DNA from: Candidatus Kaiserbacteria bacterium
Lineage (GTDB): Bacteria > Patescibacteriota > Minisyncoccia > Phycocordibacterales > Phycocordibacteraceae
Assembly: GCA_963699165.1 (NCBI GenBank)
Contig: OY969413.1
Span: forward strand, 212,310 to 276,309
DNA length: 64,000 bases
Direction: 5' to 3'
Under the pieces are notes generated by a model. It had not been told where the DNA came from. It worked only from the letters and a program-made list of their open reading frames with translations, and made no database searches. Shown here in pieces: positions 39,622-48,792 of the stretch; position 1 is the first letter of the stretch, and every line of letters starts with the position of its first letter. The translations under genes were made by a program, and so were the position numbers.

Positions 39622-40698
39622 TTATTTTAAAAGCGCAATGGTCATGCCGACGATTGCGCAGATAATCGAAATAATCCAATAGCGCATTGTCACTTTGTAC
39701 GGAGGCCAGCCGATGGCTTCGAGGTGGTGATGCAGTGGCGCTATGCGGAATACTTTCTTACCCCGTAGTTTTTTCGATGCCACCTGGATAACATTTGAAA
39801 GCACGGTAATGACGAGCGGAAAAGCAATAATGAAAAGAGCCGCAACGCCATAGCCGTTTCCGAGCGTGTCGGTCATAAACGCAATAACGGCAAGCGTCAT
39901 CGTGAGGCCCATCGTTCCGGTTTCCGTCATCCAAAAACGCGCCGGCGGAATGTTGAACCACAAAAATGCGAGAATGGCGCCGCTGAGCGTGGCGCAAAAC
40001 GCGGCAAGATTAATCTGGTTTTGAAAATAAGCGATGCCCGCATATGCCATGAACACGGTGCTGAAGACGCCGCCCGCAAGCCCATCGATGCCGTCGATAA
40101 CGCCGCCCGCATAGAGCCCGATCGTGATGAATACGAAAAGCGGAATAATGAGCGCGCCAAGCGCAAGCGAGCCGTCGCCCGGAATCCCGATTGCCGTAAC
40201 GCCGAGTTTCGCATAAAACCACCAACCGATAAATAAAGATATGAGCGTTACGAAAATCAGGCGTGTGCGAAGCCGCACGCCGCGTTCACCCGAAGGGCTG
40301 ATATCGAACAAATCATTTACGAAGCCCATGCAGGCACCCGCGAGCAGAGCGAAAAACGGAATCCAGGTCTGGCTGCGGCTCAAGAAATCAATCTTTTGAA
40401 AAAGCGGAAAGGGCGCGATGCGCGCAAGCACCCACGCGCCGAGCGTGACGATTGTGACGCTTCCCCAGATGAGAATTCCGCCCATGCGCGGCGTTGATGT
40501 CTCCGTGCCGGTGTGAACGTTTGTGCGCAATTTTTCGAATTCGACGGCCGGTTTGCCGTCGAGCGCCGTTTTCTTGGCGACTTTTTTCCATACGTGGTAC
40601 TTGTACAAATAATGCGTGAGCAGCGGCGCAAAAAGAATGCCGACGAGAAAGGCCGTCGTCGCGGGAATGAATATCTTGATGATGTTCGACGGAATCAT
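39622..40698 (-). CDS. mraY: Phospho-N-acetylmuramoyl-pentapeptide transferase
   Basis: TPRMGG, DGIDGLA, FLWFN.PPA, APLHHH. Confidence 0.93.
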   Translation of the reverse strand: MIPSNIIKIFIPATTAFLVGILFAPLLTHYLYKYHVWKKVAKKTALDGKPAVEFEKLRTNVHTGTETSTPRMGGILIWGSVTIVTLGAWVLARIAPFPLFQKIDFLSRSQTWIPFFALLAGACMGFVNDLFDISPSGERGVRLRTRLIFVTLISLFIGWWFYAKLGVTAIGIPGDGSLALGALIIPLFVFITIGLYAGGVIDGIDGLAGGVFSTVFMAYAGIAYFQNQINLAAFCATLSGAILAFLWFNIPPARFWMTETGTMGLTMTLAVIAFMTDTLGNGYGVAALFIIAFPLVITVLSNVIQVASKKLRGKKVFRIAPLHHHLEAIGWPPYKVTMRYWIISIICAIVGMTIALLK

Positions 40699-41648
40699 AG
40701 CGAAGAAACGCCCGCAAAGTGCGCGAATGTTGCGGCAACGAGCGCCGACGCATCCGTAAAGCGGTCCTCCTGCGTCGAACCGAGAACCACTACGGCAATG
40801 GGATGTTCAATGCCGCTGTCGAAGACCAGTACCAGATTGCCGCCCGCAAGGTCGGTGTAGCCGGTTTTGGAAAGCAGCAAGCGCGGAATGGTGCCGACTA
40901 TGGGGTCGGTGTTTTTGACTTTGAATTGCGTGCCGTTTGTCGCAACCGCTTCGGTCGAACTTTGCGTCGTCGCGGCCGCAACGTCGGAGTCCTGAAGCGC
41001 GAGCGCGCCCGCAAGCCGCGCGAGGTCGCGGGCGGAGCCGTAGCCGCCGGAAATCGATGTGCTCACATCAAGACCGCTTCCGTTGACCGCGTACGTTTCC
41101 GAAAGTGCGAGTGCGCTCGCGGCGCTCGCGAGCATTTGAGTTTGCGGCACGTTTTCGCGCTCGGCGGTCGCTTCGGCGATGGCGGTCGCGCCGTCGTTGA
41201 GAGATGCCGTGAGCGTCAGGCGCGCAAGGTCGCTCAAAGAAAATGTCTGTCCTGCGGAAAAGGTGCGCGGAGCGTCGACGGATGTCGCATCGGCGGGTAT
41301 CGTAATCGGCGTGTTGGGGGAAAGCTCGTTCAGCGCCGCGTATACGGTAAGAAGTTTTGTAAGCGATGCGAGCGGAAGCTGAGCGTCGGCATTTTTTTCA
41401 TATAGGGTTTGCTTTGTCGCAAGATCGTACACAATAGCCGCTTTGGCATGGAATTGAACGTTTGCGAAAGCGTCCGGCGGAGTCGAAGTTGCTGTGGCAA
41501 CCGGTGCGGGTGCCGGGGCGGGTTTTTGAAACGCAAGCGGCACGAAGAAAAAAAGCGCCAAAATGCCGCCCGCGATGAAGAGGGCAATGACGTTCTCGCG
41601 AACCGAGCGGGCTCGTTCGGCAATCTTTTGAAGTTCGGAGGAATCCAT
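40695..41648 (-). CDS. D-alanyl-D-alanine carboxypeptidase (peptidase S11)
   Basis: PLASLTKL (SxxK), S.N, KTGYT..AG; N-terminal TM segment. Confidence 0.88.
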   Translation of the reverse strand: MDSSELQKIAERARSVRENVIALFIAGGILALFFFVPLAFQKPAPAPAPVATATSTPPDAFANVQFHAKAAIVYDLATKQTLYEKNADAQLPLASLTKLLTVYAALNELSPNTPITIPADATSVDAPRTFSAGQTFSLSDLARLTLTASLNDGATAIAEATAERENVPQTQMLASAASALALSETYAVNGSGLDVSTSISGGYGSARDLARLAGALALQDSDVAAATTQSSTEAVATNGTQFKVKNTDPIVGTIPRLLLSKTGYTDLAGGNLVLVFDSGIEHPIAVVVLGSTQEDRFTDASALVAATFAHFAGVSSL

Positions 41649-41658
41649 ACCGGTACGG

Positions 41659-42219
41659 TTATTCGGGCAAATCCGCCGATTCTTTTTTCGCCTCTTCCTC
41701 GATAATTCCGGCAGCCGCAGGTCGAAGCTCGGCTGCGCGCGGAAGTTCATCGGCGCCGCCGATTCCCAAATGCGCCAGCGCTTCGGTTGTTATCGAATAG
41801 CGGATGCGGCGTTTATAGCGCTCGTCTTCCCTTCCCTCGATAAGGCCGCGCAGCAAAAGCGTACGAAGCGATGCGGAAGAATTTACGCCCCGAACCCAGT
41901 CGATTTCTCCGCGCGTTGCGCCGTCTTGATATGCAATGACCGCCAGCGTTTCCATGCTTGCCTTTCCAAGGTCGCGCGCCAGCTCGCTCTCGCGAAGTTT
42001 TTTAACAATCGACGCCGCCTCCGGTGCCGTTCGAATTTCGACTTCGGTTGCCGTCTCAATAAGAGCGATGCCCGTTCCCGAAAATGCATCGGAAAGCGAG
42101 TCAAGAACGCTTTGCAAGTCAGATTGCGAAATTTCCAGCAAGGCCGCAATGCGCTTCTTTTCAAGCGGTTCGCCCGAGGCGAAAAGGAGAGCGTGTACGG
42201 AGGCGGGAGGTGTGAGCAT
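41659..42219 (-). CDS. scpB: Segregation and condensation protein B
   Basis: ALLFASGEP, ETLAVIAY, TR.EID.VRGVNS. Confidence 0.93.
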   Translation of the reverse strand: MLTPPASVHALLFASGEPLEKKRIAALLEISQSDLQSVLDSLSDAFSGTGIALIETATEVEIRTAPEAASIVKKLRESELARDLGKASMETLAVIAYQDGATRGEIDWVRGVNSSASLRTLLLRGLIEGREDERYKRRIRYSITTEALAHLGIGGADELPRAAELRPAAAGIIEEEAKKESADLPE

Positions 42220-42283
42220 TGCACATATAATAGCCGTGCCGGCGCATCTCGGCAACGTACAGCCGTGTGAGAAATTGCGGTTG

Positions 42284-43027
42284 CTACCCGTAATGAGGGA
42301 CTGTTTCCACGGTCGTATTGCTAATGTGAATATCGCCGTGCGTGTCGTGCTGTTCGGCAGCGACTGCGCCCTGCTTTACAAGTTCCAGAAGTGCGAGAAA
42401 TGATACGATGACCTCCACTTTTTCCTTCGAACCGCCCGCGAATTCTTTAAATGAAAGGGTCATAGCGCTTTGCACTCGCTTTGCAAGTAAATCCATCATT
42501 TCTTCGATGGTGACGAGCGGCTTGACCCTCGCCTTCGGAAGCTCTTCGATTGCCTCGCGTGAAGCCAGAACGCGGGCGAGGGCGTCTGCAAGCGCCTGCG
42601 CTGAAAGGTCGCGGGACGGAGTGAAGACGACTTCGGGAATTCGCTCGCCGGCCGGGTACATAACGGCGCGTCCGTATATGCGTGAAAGCTCGCGCGCCGC
42701 TTCGCGCACTTTCTCGTACGCCGCGAGCCGGTTTTTCAAATCCTCGACATCGGCGCTCTCTTCTTCGGTGAGCGTAAGGTCGGGAATAAGGGATTTCGAT
42801 TTGATGAGAATCAGCGTCGCTGCGATTTGAATAAAGTTAGCCGTTTCCTCCACCGGAAATGCGTTCTGCGAGCGAACGTGTTGAATGAAGTCCTCGGTGA
42901 TGTTCGCAAGCGCCAGGTCATTGACCAAAAGTTTTCGCGCCTCGATGAGGTCGAGCAACATTTCAAACGGCCCCTCATACGATGAAGTTTTGATAGTGAA
43001 TCCGGTGCGTGGCGTTACGGTTTCCAT
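42284..43027 (-). CDS. scpA: Segregation and condensation protein A
   Basis: YEGPF..LL.LI, LIKSK.L.P, V.FLALLELVK. Confidence 0.93.
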   Translation of the reverse strand: METVTPRTGFTIKTSSYEGPFEMLLDLIEARKLLVNDLALANITEDFIQHVRSQNAFPVEETANFIQIAATLILIKSKSLIPDLTLTEEESADVEDLKNRLAAYEKVREAARELSRIYGRAVMYPAGERIPEVVFTPSRDLSAQALADALARVLASREAIEELPKARVKPLVTIEEMMDLLAKRVQSAMTLSFKEFAGGSKEKVEVIVSFLALLELVKQGAVAAEQHDTHGDIHISNTTVETVPHYG

Positions 43028-44421
43028 TCTTCAATAAAACGCAGCAACAGCCGCACCGGTTCTCCCGCAGCTCCCTTGGCAAGTTCATCGCCGGGCGCGG
43101 AGGTCATTCGGGGCGCGATATCGAGGTGCGCCCACGGGCAATCAAGTTCTTTTGCAAACTGCCAGAGGAATATGCCGCCCTCGATTGCCCCGCCGTACCG
43201 GCCGGCCGTGCCGTTTGCGATGTTTGTAATGTCGGCAAATGTCCCTTTAATATCGCTCTCGTATTCGTCCCACAACGGCAGGCGCCACACGTAGTCGCCG
43301 GATGTTTCTCCGGCAGTCGAAATCTTTTCCGCAAGCGCGTCGTCGCGAGTGAGAACCGCGCTTGCATGCAGACCGAGCGCGGAGAGCGCCGCGCCGGTGA
43401 GCGTCGCCACGTCAATCACAACGGACGGATTAAAGCGCTTCGCGTAGGTGAGCGCATCTGCAAGGATGAGGCGGCCCTCCGCATCGGTGTTGAGGACTTC
43501 GATGGTTTTTCCCGACATTGATTTCAAAATGTCTCCCGGCCGGTATGCATTGTTGCCCGGCATGTTTTCAACTGACGGAATGAGGCCGATAACGGATGTT
43601 TTGACTTTGAGTTTTGCGGCAAGCGCCACCGCGCAAATGACGGCCGCCGCTCCCGACATGTCCATGTGCATTTCGTAAATTCCGTTTGAAGGTTTCAAAT
43701 TCAGGCCGCCGCTGTCAAATGTAACTCCCTTGCCCGCAAGAACAATCGGCTTCCCCGTTCCGGCGCGATATTCAAGAACCGTAAAGGTCGGTTTTTCGGT
43801 CGAGCCCTTGGCGACGCCAAGAATCGCTCCCATGCCGAGTTTTTTCATCTGACTTTCGCCAAGCACGGTGACTTTGACGGGCAGACCCTCAACCGCGTCT
43901 TTAGCGGCTTTCGCGAGCACGGTCGGCGTGATGTCGCCGCCGGGCGTATTCGCGAGCACGCGGCACGCATTCACTGCTTTTCCAATTTCTTGGCCTTTTT
44001 TGACGGCCTTTTCCGTCAGTGGAGAATACACAAGCACCTCCGCAACCTCCGTCCATCCTTCCTTGGGTTTCGTCTTGAATGTGTTGAATTCGAAATTTGC
44101 CATCTCGAAATTTTCAGCCGCGAGCTGCAGGATTGCGTCGGGAGCGATGCCGCGAAGATTCGTAAGAGGGCTCGGCGTGCGGTCGAACTGAACGGCGATT
44201 TTCTTGCATTTATGTTTCTTTGCGACGTTCACGATTGTCCGGCAAAGAATGCGAAATTTTCGAACGTTCATTTCTTCCGGCTTATTCGTTCCGATTTCCA
44301 GCGTCTCGACGCCGTTATCTTTGCCGAATCGCACCGTTCCCGTTTCAGCGTCGGTGAGAACGACGCGCACGTATCCTTTCGGCGCGTTTTCGAGGCCCCC
44401 TTTTTTGAGAGTGATTTTCAT
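43015..44421 (-). CDS. pepA: Leucyl aminopeptidase (M17)
   Basis: GKGVTFDSGG, DMSGAA, NTDAEGRL, WAHLDIA. Confidence 0.94.
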   Translation of the reverse strand: MKITLKKGGLENAPKGYVRVVLTDAETGTVRFGKDNGVETLEIGTNKPEEMNVRKFRILCRTIVNVAKKHKCKKIAVQFDRTPSPLTNLRGIAPDAILQLAAENFEMANFEFNTFKTKPKEGWTEVAEVLVYSPLTEKAVKKGQEIGKAVNACRVLANTPGGDITPTVLAKAAKDAVEGLPVKVTVLGESQMKKLGMGAILGVAKGSTEKPTFTVLEYRAGTGKPIVLAGKGVTFDSGGLNLKPSNGIYEMHMDMSGAAAVICAVALAAKLKVKTSVIGLIPSVENMPGNNAYRPGDILKSMSGKTIEVLNTDAEGRLILADALTYAKRFNPSVVIDVATLTGAALSALGLHASAVLTRDDALAEKISTAGETSGDYVWRLPLWDEYESDIKGTFADITNIANGTAGRYGGAIEGGIFLWQFAKELDCPWAHLDIAPRMTSAPGDELAKGAAGEPVRLLLRFIEEWKP

Positions 44422-44425
44422 CGCA

Positions 44426-45814
44426 TTACTTTTTGTCGACTTTCAGTCCGAGTTCTTTAAGCTGCTTTTCTACCAGCGGTTTCGGGGCTTTCATCACCGA
44501 CGTTTGTCCGCCGCGCGTCATCGGAAATGCTTGCACTTCGCGGAGCATCGTCTCGCCCGTGAGGTTCATTATGTTGCGTTCGACTCCGAGTGCGATGCCG
44601 CCGTGCGGCGGTGTGCCATAGCGAAACGCTTTCAGCATATGTCCGACGCGCTCCTCCAGATCCTCGTTTGAGAAGCCCATCACGCGATACACCGCTTCCA
44701 GAATTTCCGGTTTGTGCGCGCGAATGGATCCGCCGCCGGACTCGAATCCATTGCATACGAGGTCGTATTGCGTCGTCAAAATGTCGCCGATATTCTCGCC
44801 TTTCAAAAGCCAGTCAAGATGTTCCGGAATCGGCATCGAGAAAGGATTGTGCGTAAACGTCCATCCGCCATCGTCTGTTTTCTCGAAAAACGGGAAATTC
44901 ACGACCCATGCATACGCCAAAATTCCTTTCTCTTTGTCTTCGTCGGTGCGCATGTCAAACTTATCGGCGCCGTATTTTTCCATAGCGTCCTTGTACGAAA
45001 TTCTCGGAAACGGCTTCTGCTTGATTTCGTATCCCATCGCTTCAACAACGGTTGTTATCATGTCTTCAACGGCAGCCATAACGTCTTCCATGGTGACGAA
45101 TGACATCTCGATGTCGACTTGCGTATGCTCGAATCCGCGGTCGGCGCGCAAATCTTCGTCGCGTATGGCGCGTGCAATTTGGAAATATCGCTCGAATCCT
45201 GCCGTCATCAAGAGTTGTTTGTATTGTTGCGGCGACTGCGGAAGCGCATAGAACTTTCCAGGATTCAGTCGGGATGGCACAACAAAGTCCCGCGAACCTT
45301 CGGGCGTGGATTCGGTTAAAAGCGGCGTCTCGATTTCAGTAAAATCATGCGCAAACAAATATTCGCGGCAACGGCGAATGAATTCGCTTCGCACGCGCAT
45401 ATTTTTTTGCATGCGCTTCGAGCGCAGGTCGAGGTAGCGGTATTCGGCGCGGACGCTTTCGTCAATGCCGCTCGTGTCTCCCGAAATATCAAAGGGCATT
45501 GCGTCAGACGCGTTAAGGATTTCGATGGCTTTAATTTCCAGTTCAATATCGCCGTTTTGTTTATCCGCTTGGGCATTTTTGGGAGGACGCTTGTTGACAA
45601 TGCCTTCGACGCGGACGACATATTCATTGCGGATGTCTCTTGCGGCATCCATGGCTGGACTTCCGGGGAGAACGACACCCTGCACGAGGCCGCTCCGGTC
45701 GCGGAAATCAAAAAAGACGATCTTGCCCTGATCGCGCCGAACATCGACCCAGCCAGAAATCGAGACCGTCTCGCCCGTGTGTTTCGCCAAATCGCCGATA
45801 CGTGTTCGTTCCAT
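44426..45814 (-). CDS. aspS: Aspartate--tRNA ligase (short form lacking most of the GAD insertion)
   Basis: YRYLDLR, PEGSRDF.VPSR, YALPQSPQQYKQLLM, RDEDLRADR, PPHGG.A.G. Confidence 0.93.
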   Translation of the reverse strand: MERTRIGDLAKHTGETVSISGWVDVRRDQGKIVFFDFRDRSGLVQGVVLPGSPAMDAARDIRNEYVVRVEGIVNKRPPKNAQADKQNGDIELEIKAIEILNASDAMPFDISGDTSGIDESVRAEYRYLDLRSKRMQKNMRVRSEFIRRCREYLFAHDFTEIETPLLTESTPEGSRDFVVPSRLNPGKFYALPQSPQQYKQLLMTAGFERYFQIARAIRDEDLRADRGFEHTQVDIEMSFVTMEDVMAAVEDMITTVVEAMGYEIKQKPFPRISYKDAMEKYGADKFDMRTDEDKEKGILAYAWVVNFPFFEKTDDGGWTFTHNPFSMPIPEHLDWLLKGENIGDILTTQYDLVCNGFESGGGSIRAHKPEILEAVYRVMGFSNEDLEERVGHMLKAFRYGTPPHGGIALGVERNIMNLTGETMLREVQAFPMTRGGQTSVMKAPKPLVEKQLKELGLKVDKK

Positions 45815-45821
45815 ACGAGTA

Positions 45822-46805
45822 TTATGCTACGCCGATTGCTTTGCGGACAATCTCCATTTTTGCTTCGCTCACCGCTCTCGCTTCCGTCTTGCCTTTCGCA
45901 AGAACATCCTCGACGATTCCGGCATCATTTTTCAGTTCCTCGTATTTCGAACGAATCGGGGCAAAATATCGGTCAAGGTCTTCGATTAGCGCTTCCTTAA
46001 GCGCTTTGTATTTGCCCGCGTTACTACCATATATGGTAGTAAGTTCCTCCTCGCTTCGAACGAGCTTGTGAATATCAAAAACATTTTTTGGTCGATGAGA
46101 TTGGTCCCTTCCCATCGCTTCCGCAAATGAGTCCGTGACAATGCTCATGACGCACTTGGCGAGTTCGTCGCGCGATGCAAAAAGCGGAATGACATTGTTG
46201 TAACTTTTGCTCATTTTTTGTCCATCGGTGCCCGGTACAACCGCAACCCCGGGCATAATGTACGGCTCCGGCAGCTTAAAAACGTCCTCTATGAACACGC
46301 GATTAAATTTTTCCGCGGTGTCGCGCGCGTACTCCACGTGCTGTTTTTGATCCTGCCCTACCGGAACGACGGCAGCATCGTACAGCAGAATGTCCGCCGC
46401 CATTAAGAGCGGATAGTTAAACGTGCCGACGCTGATTTCTTTGTTTTTCGCTTCGGCGTCTTTGAATGCGTGCGCGCGCATGAGATACGGCATCGTGGTG
46501 ATGGAATCGAAAATCCAGCACAGTTCCGTATGCGCCGGGACATCCGATTGCTTAAACAGGACAATATCTTCAGGGTCGAGTCCGCATGCGAGGTATGCGA
46601 GCACCAACTCGCGGGTGCGCCTCTTCATCTCCTCCGCGTCCTGCATCGTGTTGAGGGCATGATAGTCGGCAACGAAAATGAACGGGCGATATTTTCCGCT
46701 CTTCGTAAGTTCGACCTGTTGGCGAATGGCGCCGAAATAGTTGCCGATGTGCAAATCGCCGGTCGGTTTTATTCCGGAAACGAGTATCGGTTTCGAGGAT
46801 GTCAT
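45822..46805 (-). CDS. trpS: Tryptophan--tRNA ligase
   Basis: SGIKPTG.LHIGNY, YP.LMAADIL, VPVG.DQKQH, KMSKS. Confidence 0.96.
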   Translation of the reverse strand: MTSSKPILVSGIKPTGDLHIGNYFGAIRQQVELTKSGKYRPFIFVADYHALNTMQDAEEMKRRTRELVLAYLACGLDPEDIVLFKQSDVPAHTELCWIFDSITTMPYLMRAHAFKDAEAKNKEISVGTFNYPLLMAADILLYDAAVVPVGQDQKQHVEYARDTAEKFNRVFIEDVFKLPEPYIMPGVAVVPGTDGQKMSKSYNNVIPLFASRDELAKCVMSIVTDSFAEAMGRDQSHRPKNVFDIHKLVRSEEELTTIYGSNAGKYKALKEALIEDLDRYFAPIRSKYEELKNDAGIVEDVLAKGKTEARAVSEAKMEIVRKAIGVA

Positions 46806-46846
46806 GAAGACATACTACCACAAGACATCGCCCGCACCGCGAAGAT

Positions 46847-47269
46847 TCAGTGTTTTTTGGCTGCCTTTTTCGCCGCTTTCTTTACGGCTTTTTTCACCTC
46901 CTTCTTGACCGTCTTTGTGGCCTTTGCGCCCGCAAGTTTTGCCTCGCGCTGTACCTTGTCCCAATTCGCCTTCAGTTCCGCGGCAACGCGCTTAACATCT
47001 TCCGGCTTTACTGCGCGGGCTTCGCGATAGGTCTTCGATACCTGGTCAACGACTTTGCCGAAATCCTTTGCTCCTTCAACCCGAAGTTTCTTCGCTTCGC
47101 GAATCGCATCCTTCTTAAGGTCATTTGCCCACTTTGCCGCTACCTTGCGATTCTTCTTCGCATTTTTGTCCGCATAGAAATAATATCCCGCGGCGGCTGC
47201 GGTGCTAGCCGCAACAAGCCCTGCCGCTATTCCAGCCGCTGCACCCGCGCCCGTGGTTTTCTTTGCCAT
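46847..47269 (-). CDS. Lys/Ala-rich hypothetical protein with an N-terminal hydrophobic segment
   Basis: AAAAGYYFY followed by a basic helical region and a KKAVKKAAKK tail. Confidence 0.7.
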   Translation of the reverse strand: MAKKTTGAGAAAGIAAGLVAASTAAAAGYYFYADKNAKKNRKVAAKWANDLKKDAIREAKKLRVEGAKDFGKVVDQVSKTYREARAVKPEDVKRVAAELKANWDKVQREAKLAGAKATKTVKKEVKKAVKKAAKKAAKKH

Positions 47270-47293
47270 ACCTGTAAATAAAATAATTAATTG

Positions 47294-47572
47294 TTAGATT
47301 TTTTTTGTTTTCCTTGCCGTCCTCTTGGCTGTCTTGCCGAAAAAGCCGAGCAATGATTTCAAGCGGCCGCGCCCCTGCCGAATATTTTCGCGCACACCGG
47401 CGAGGTCTTCGCGGACGCTGTCCGTCTCTTTCGAGACCTCTTCGGAAATGTGCTCGACATTTTTCAGCACGCGCTGAACCCGCCACAGGACGAACACCGC
47501 CAATATCGCGACCGCAACAACCGCAACGGTCGTTACGACGAAGAAAATGTCCATCTTCAGAAATTCGTCCAT
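47294..47572 (-). CDS. Small membrane protein (TM plus coiled coil)
   Basis: DIFFVVTT.AVV TM segment, amphipathic helix, basic tail. Confidence 0.7.
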   Translation of the reverse strand: MDEFLKMDIFFVVTTVAVVAVAILAVFVLWRVQRVLKNVEHISEEVSKETDSVREDLAGVRENIRQGRGRLKSLLGFFGKTAKRTARKTKKI

Positions 47573-47664
47573 GTCGCAGTAAGTATACTACAGTCAAGGG
47601 CGCAATGCTTCGTACAGAAAGCCGCCGGTCGTAACCGGCGGCTGGGCGTAAGTGTGTAGACGCG

Positions 47665-47955
47665 CTATATCATGTCGGGCGGAATGACAAAGATGTCCGT
47701 GTCCGTGATTGCGGCATGCAGTCGTTCGAGTCCGAAACATCGCCGGATAATATTCGCCAAAGCAAGGGCTCTGCGCGGGTCCCGCTCGCCCGCATACGAA
47801 AGCGATGGCGGTTTGCCTCTGCGTTTTCGCCAGAGCGCATGCAGGACGACATACTCCGCGGCGTCCGGGCAATACCCGCTTAGTAAACTGCGTTTGCCTC
47901 GGCTCCTTCCCTGCAATCTCGACACCGCGTGTTGTTTCTTTCGTCTCCTGGACAT
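47665..47955 (-). CDS. Possible hypothetical protein
   Basis: 96-aa ORF in a gap with competing frames; unresolved. Confidence 0.25.
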   Translation of the reverse strand: MSRRRKKQHAVSRLQGRSRGKRSLLSGYCPDAAEYVVLHALWRKRRGKPPSLSYAGERDPRRALALANIIRRCFGLERLHAAITDTDIFVIPPDMI

Positions 47956-48026
47956 TGCGCGTTTCCTCCATGCTCGTCCGTGCGGTATGCGTCATGCGCA
48001 TCTGCGAGCATACTACGCGACCGACG

Positions 48027-48488
48027 TTAAGTCCCGATGAACGGCTTCGTTTGCAACGCATCGCGCAAGAGCCGCGATACCGAATGCAGTTCCGACTCCG
48101 GACTTTCGTTTCTGCTGCCGGGACGATACAAAAAACGCCGTGGCTCGTATTCGGTTATGCCGGTGTCGCCTTCTTTGCGAGGAAGCACGTGCAAGTGAAA
48201 ATGCGGAACGGATTGCCCCGCTAGTTTGCCTTCGTTCCAAGCATAATTGAAACCTTCTGCGCCAAACGCAATTCGCAAAGCATCATGTATTTTTGACTGC
48301 AGGTCAAAGATTGCAATTCTTTCTTCGGGTGTGAGCTCTTCAAATGTTGCCACGCAACGGATGGGTGCGACGAGTGTGTGTCCCGGAACAATCGGAATGT
48401 TTGTAAGGAATGCCCATGCAAGTTCATTGCGACAAATTTCGCGCTTCCTAATTGCAGGAATCTCACAGAATGCGCAGCGTATATCCAT
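48027..48488 (-). CDS. HIT-family hydrolase
   Basis: CAFC, P..PGHTLV.P, AGQSVPHFHLHVLPR. Confidence 0.93.
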   Translation of the reverse strand: MDIRCAFCEIPAIRKREICRNELAWAFLTNIPIVPGHTLVAPIRCVATFEELTPEERIAIFDLQSKIHDALRIAFGAEGFNYAWNEGKLAGQSVPHFHLHVLPRKEGDTGITEYEPRRFLYRPGSRNESPESELHSVSRLLRDALQTKPFIGT

Positions 48489-48531
48489 GTTGAATGTTAT
48501 GGCATGAGTATACCAAGAACGAGGGAAAATA

Positions 48532-48680
48532 AGTGCTCCGGGTTGGATTCGCTTCTCGCTCTGCTGAGCTCGAAACCTCCGCCCCCTCCTCGGGGGCTGC
48601 GGCCCGCGGTTCGAATCCTTCCCGTCCGTACATGAAGCACAGAAAAGGTCGGATAAAAAATCCGACCTTTTCTGGCTTAG
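48532..48680 (-). repeat. tRNA-Tyr-derived fold-back module
   Basis: Direct copy of the tRNA 3' end at 48532-48551 (19/20 vs 48679-48698); inverted GGTTCGAATCC at 48608-48618; 14-bp hairpin at 48640-48674. Confidence 0.8.
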
Positions 48681-48764
48681 TGCGCCGGGTTGGATTCGAA
48701 CCAACGTAGGACTATGTCCGACAGGTTTACAGCCTGTTGTAATTGACCACTCTACCACCGACGC
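48681..48764 (-). tRNA. tRNA-Tyr(GTA)
   Basis: Reverse strand: GCGTCGG/CCGGCGC acceptor, ACAGG-CTGTAAA-CCTGT anticodon arm, long variable arm, GGTTCGAATCC; CCA not encoded. Confidence 0.95.
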
Positions 48765-48792
48765 AATGCGTCCACTATAACGGATTTTCGCG

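Noticed and set aside
48489-48758. N-terminal extension of the HIT ORF to 243 aa
   Set aside because: It overlaps tRNA-Tyr and its repeat module; the HIT domain begins at ATG 48488
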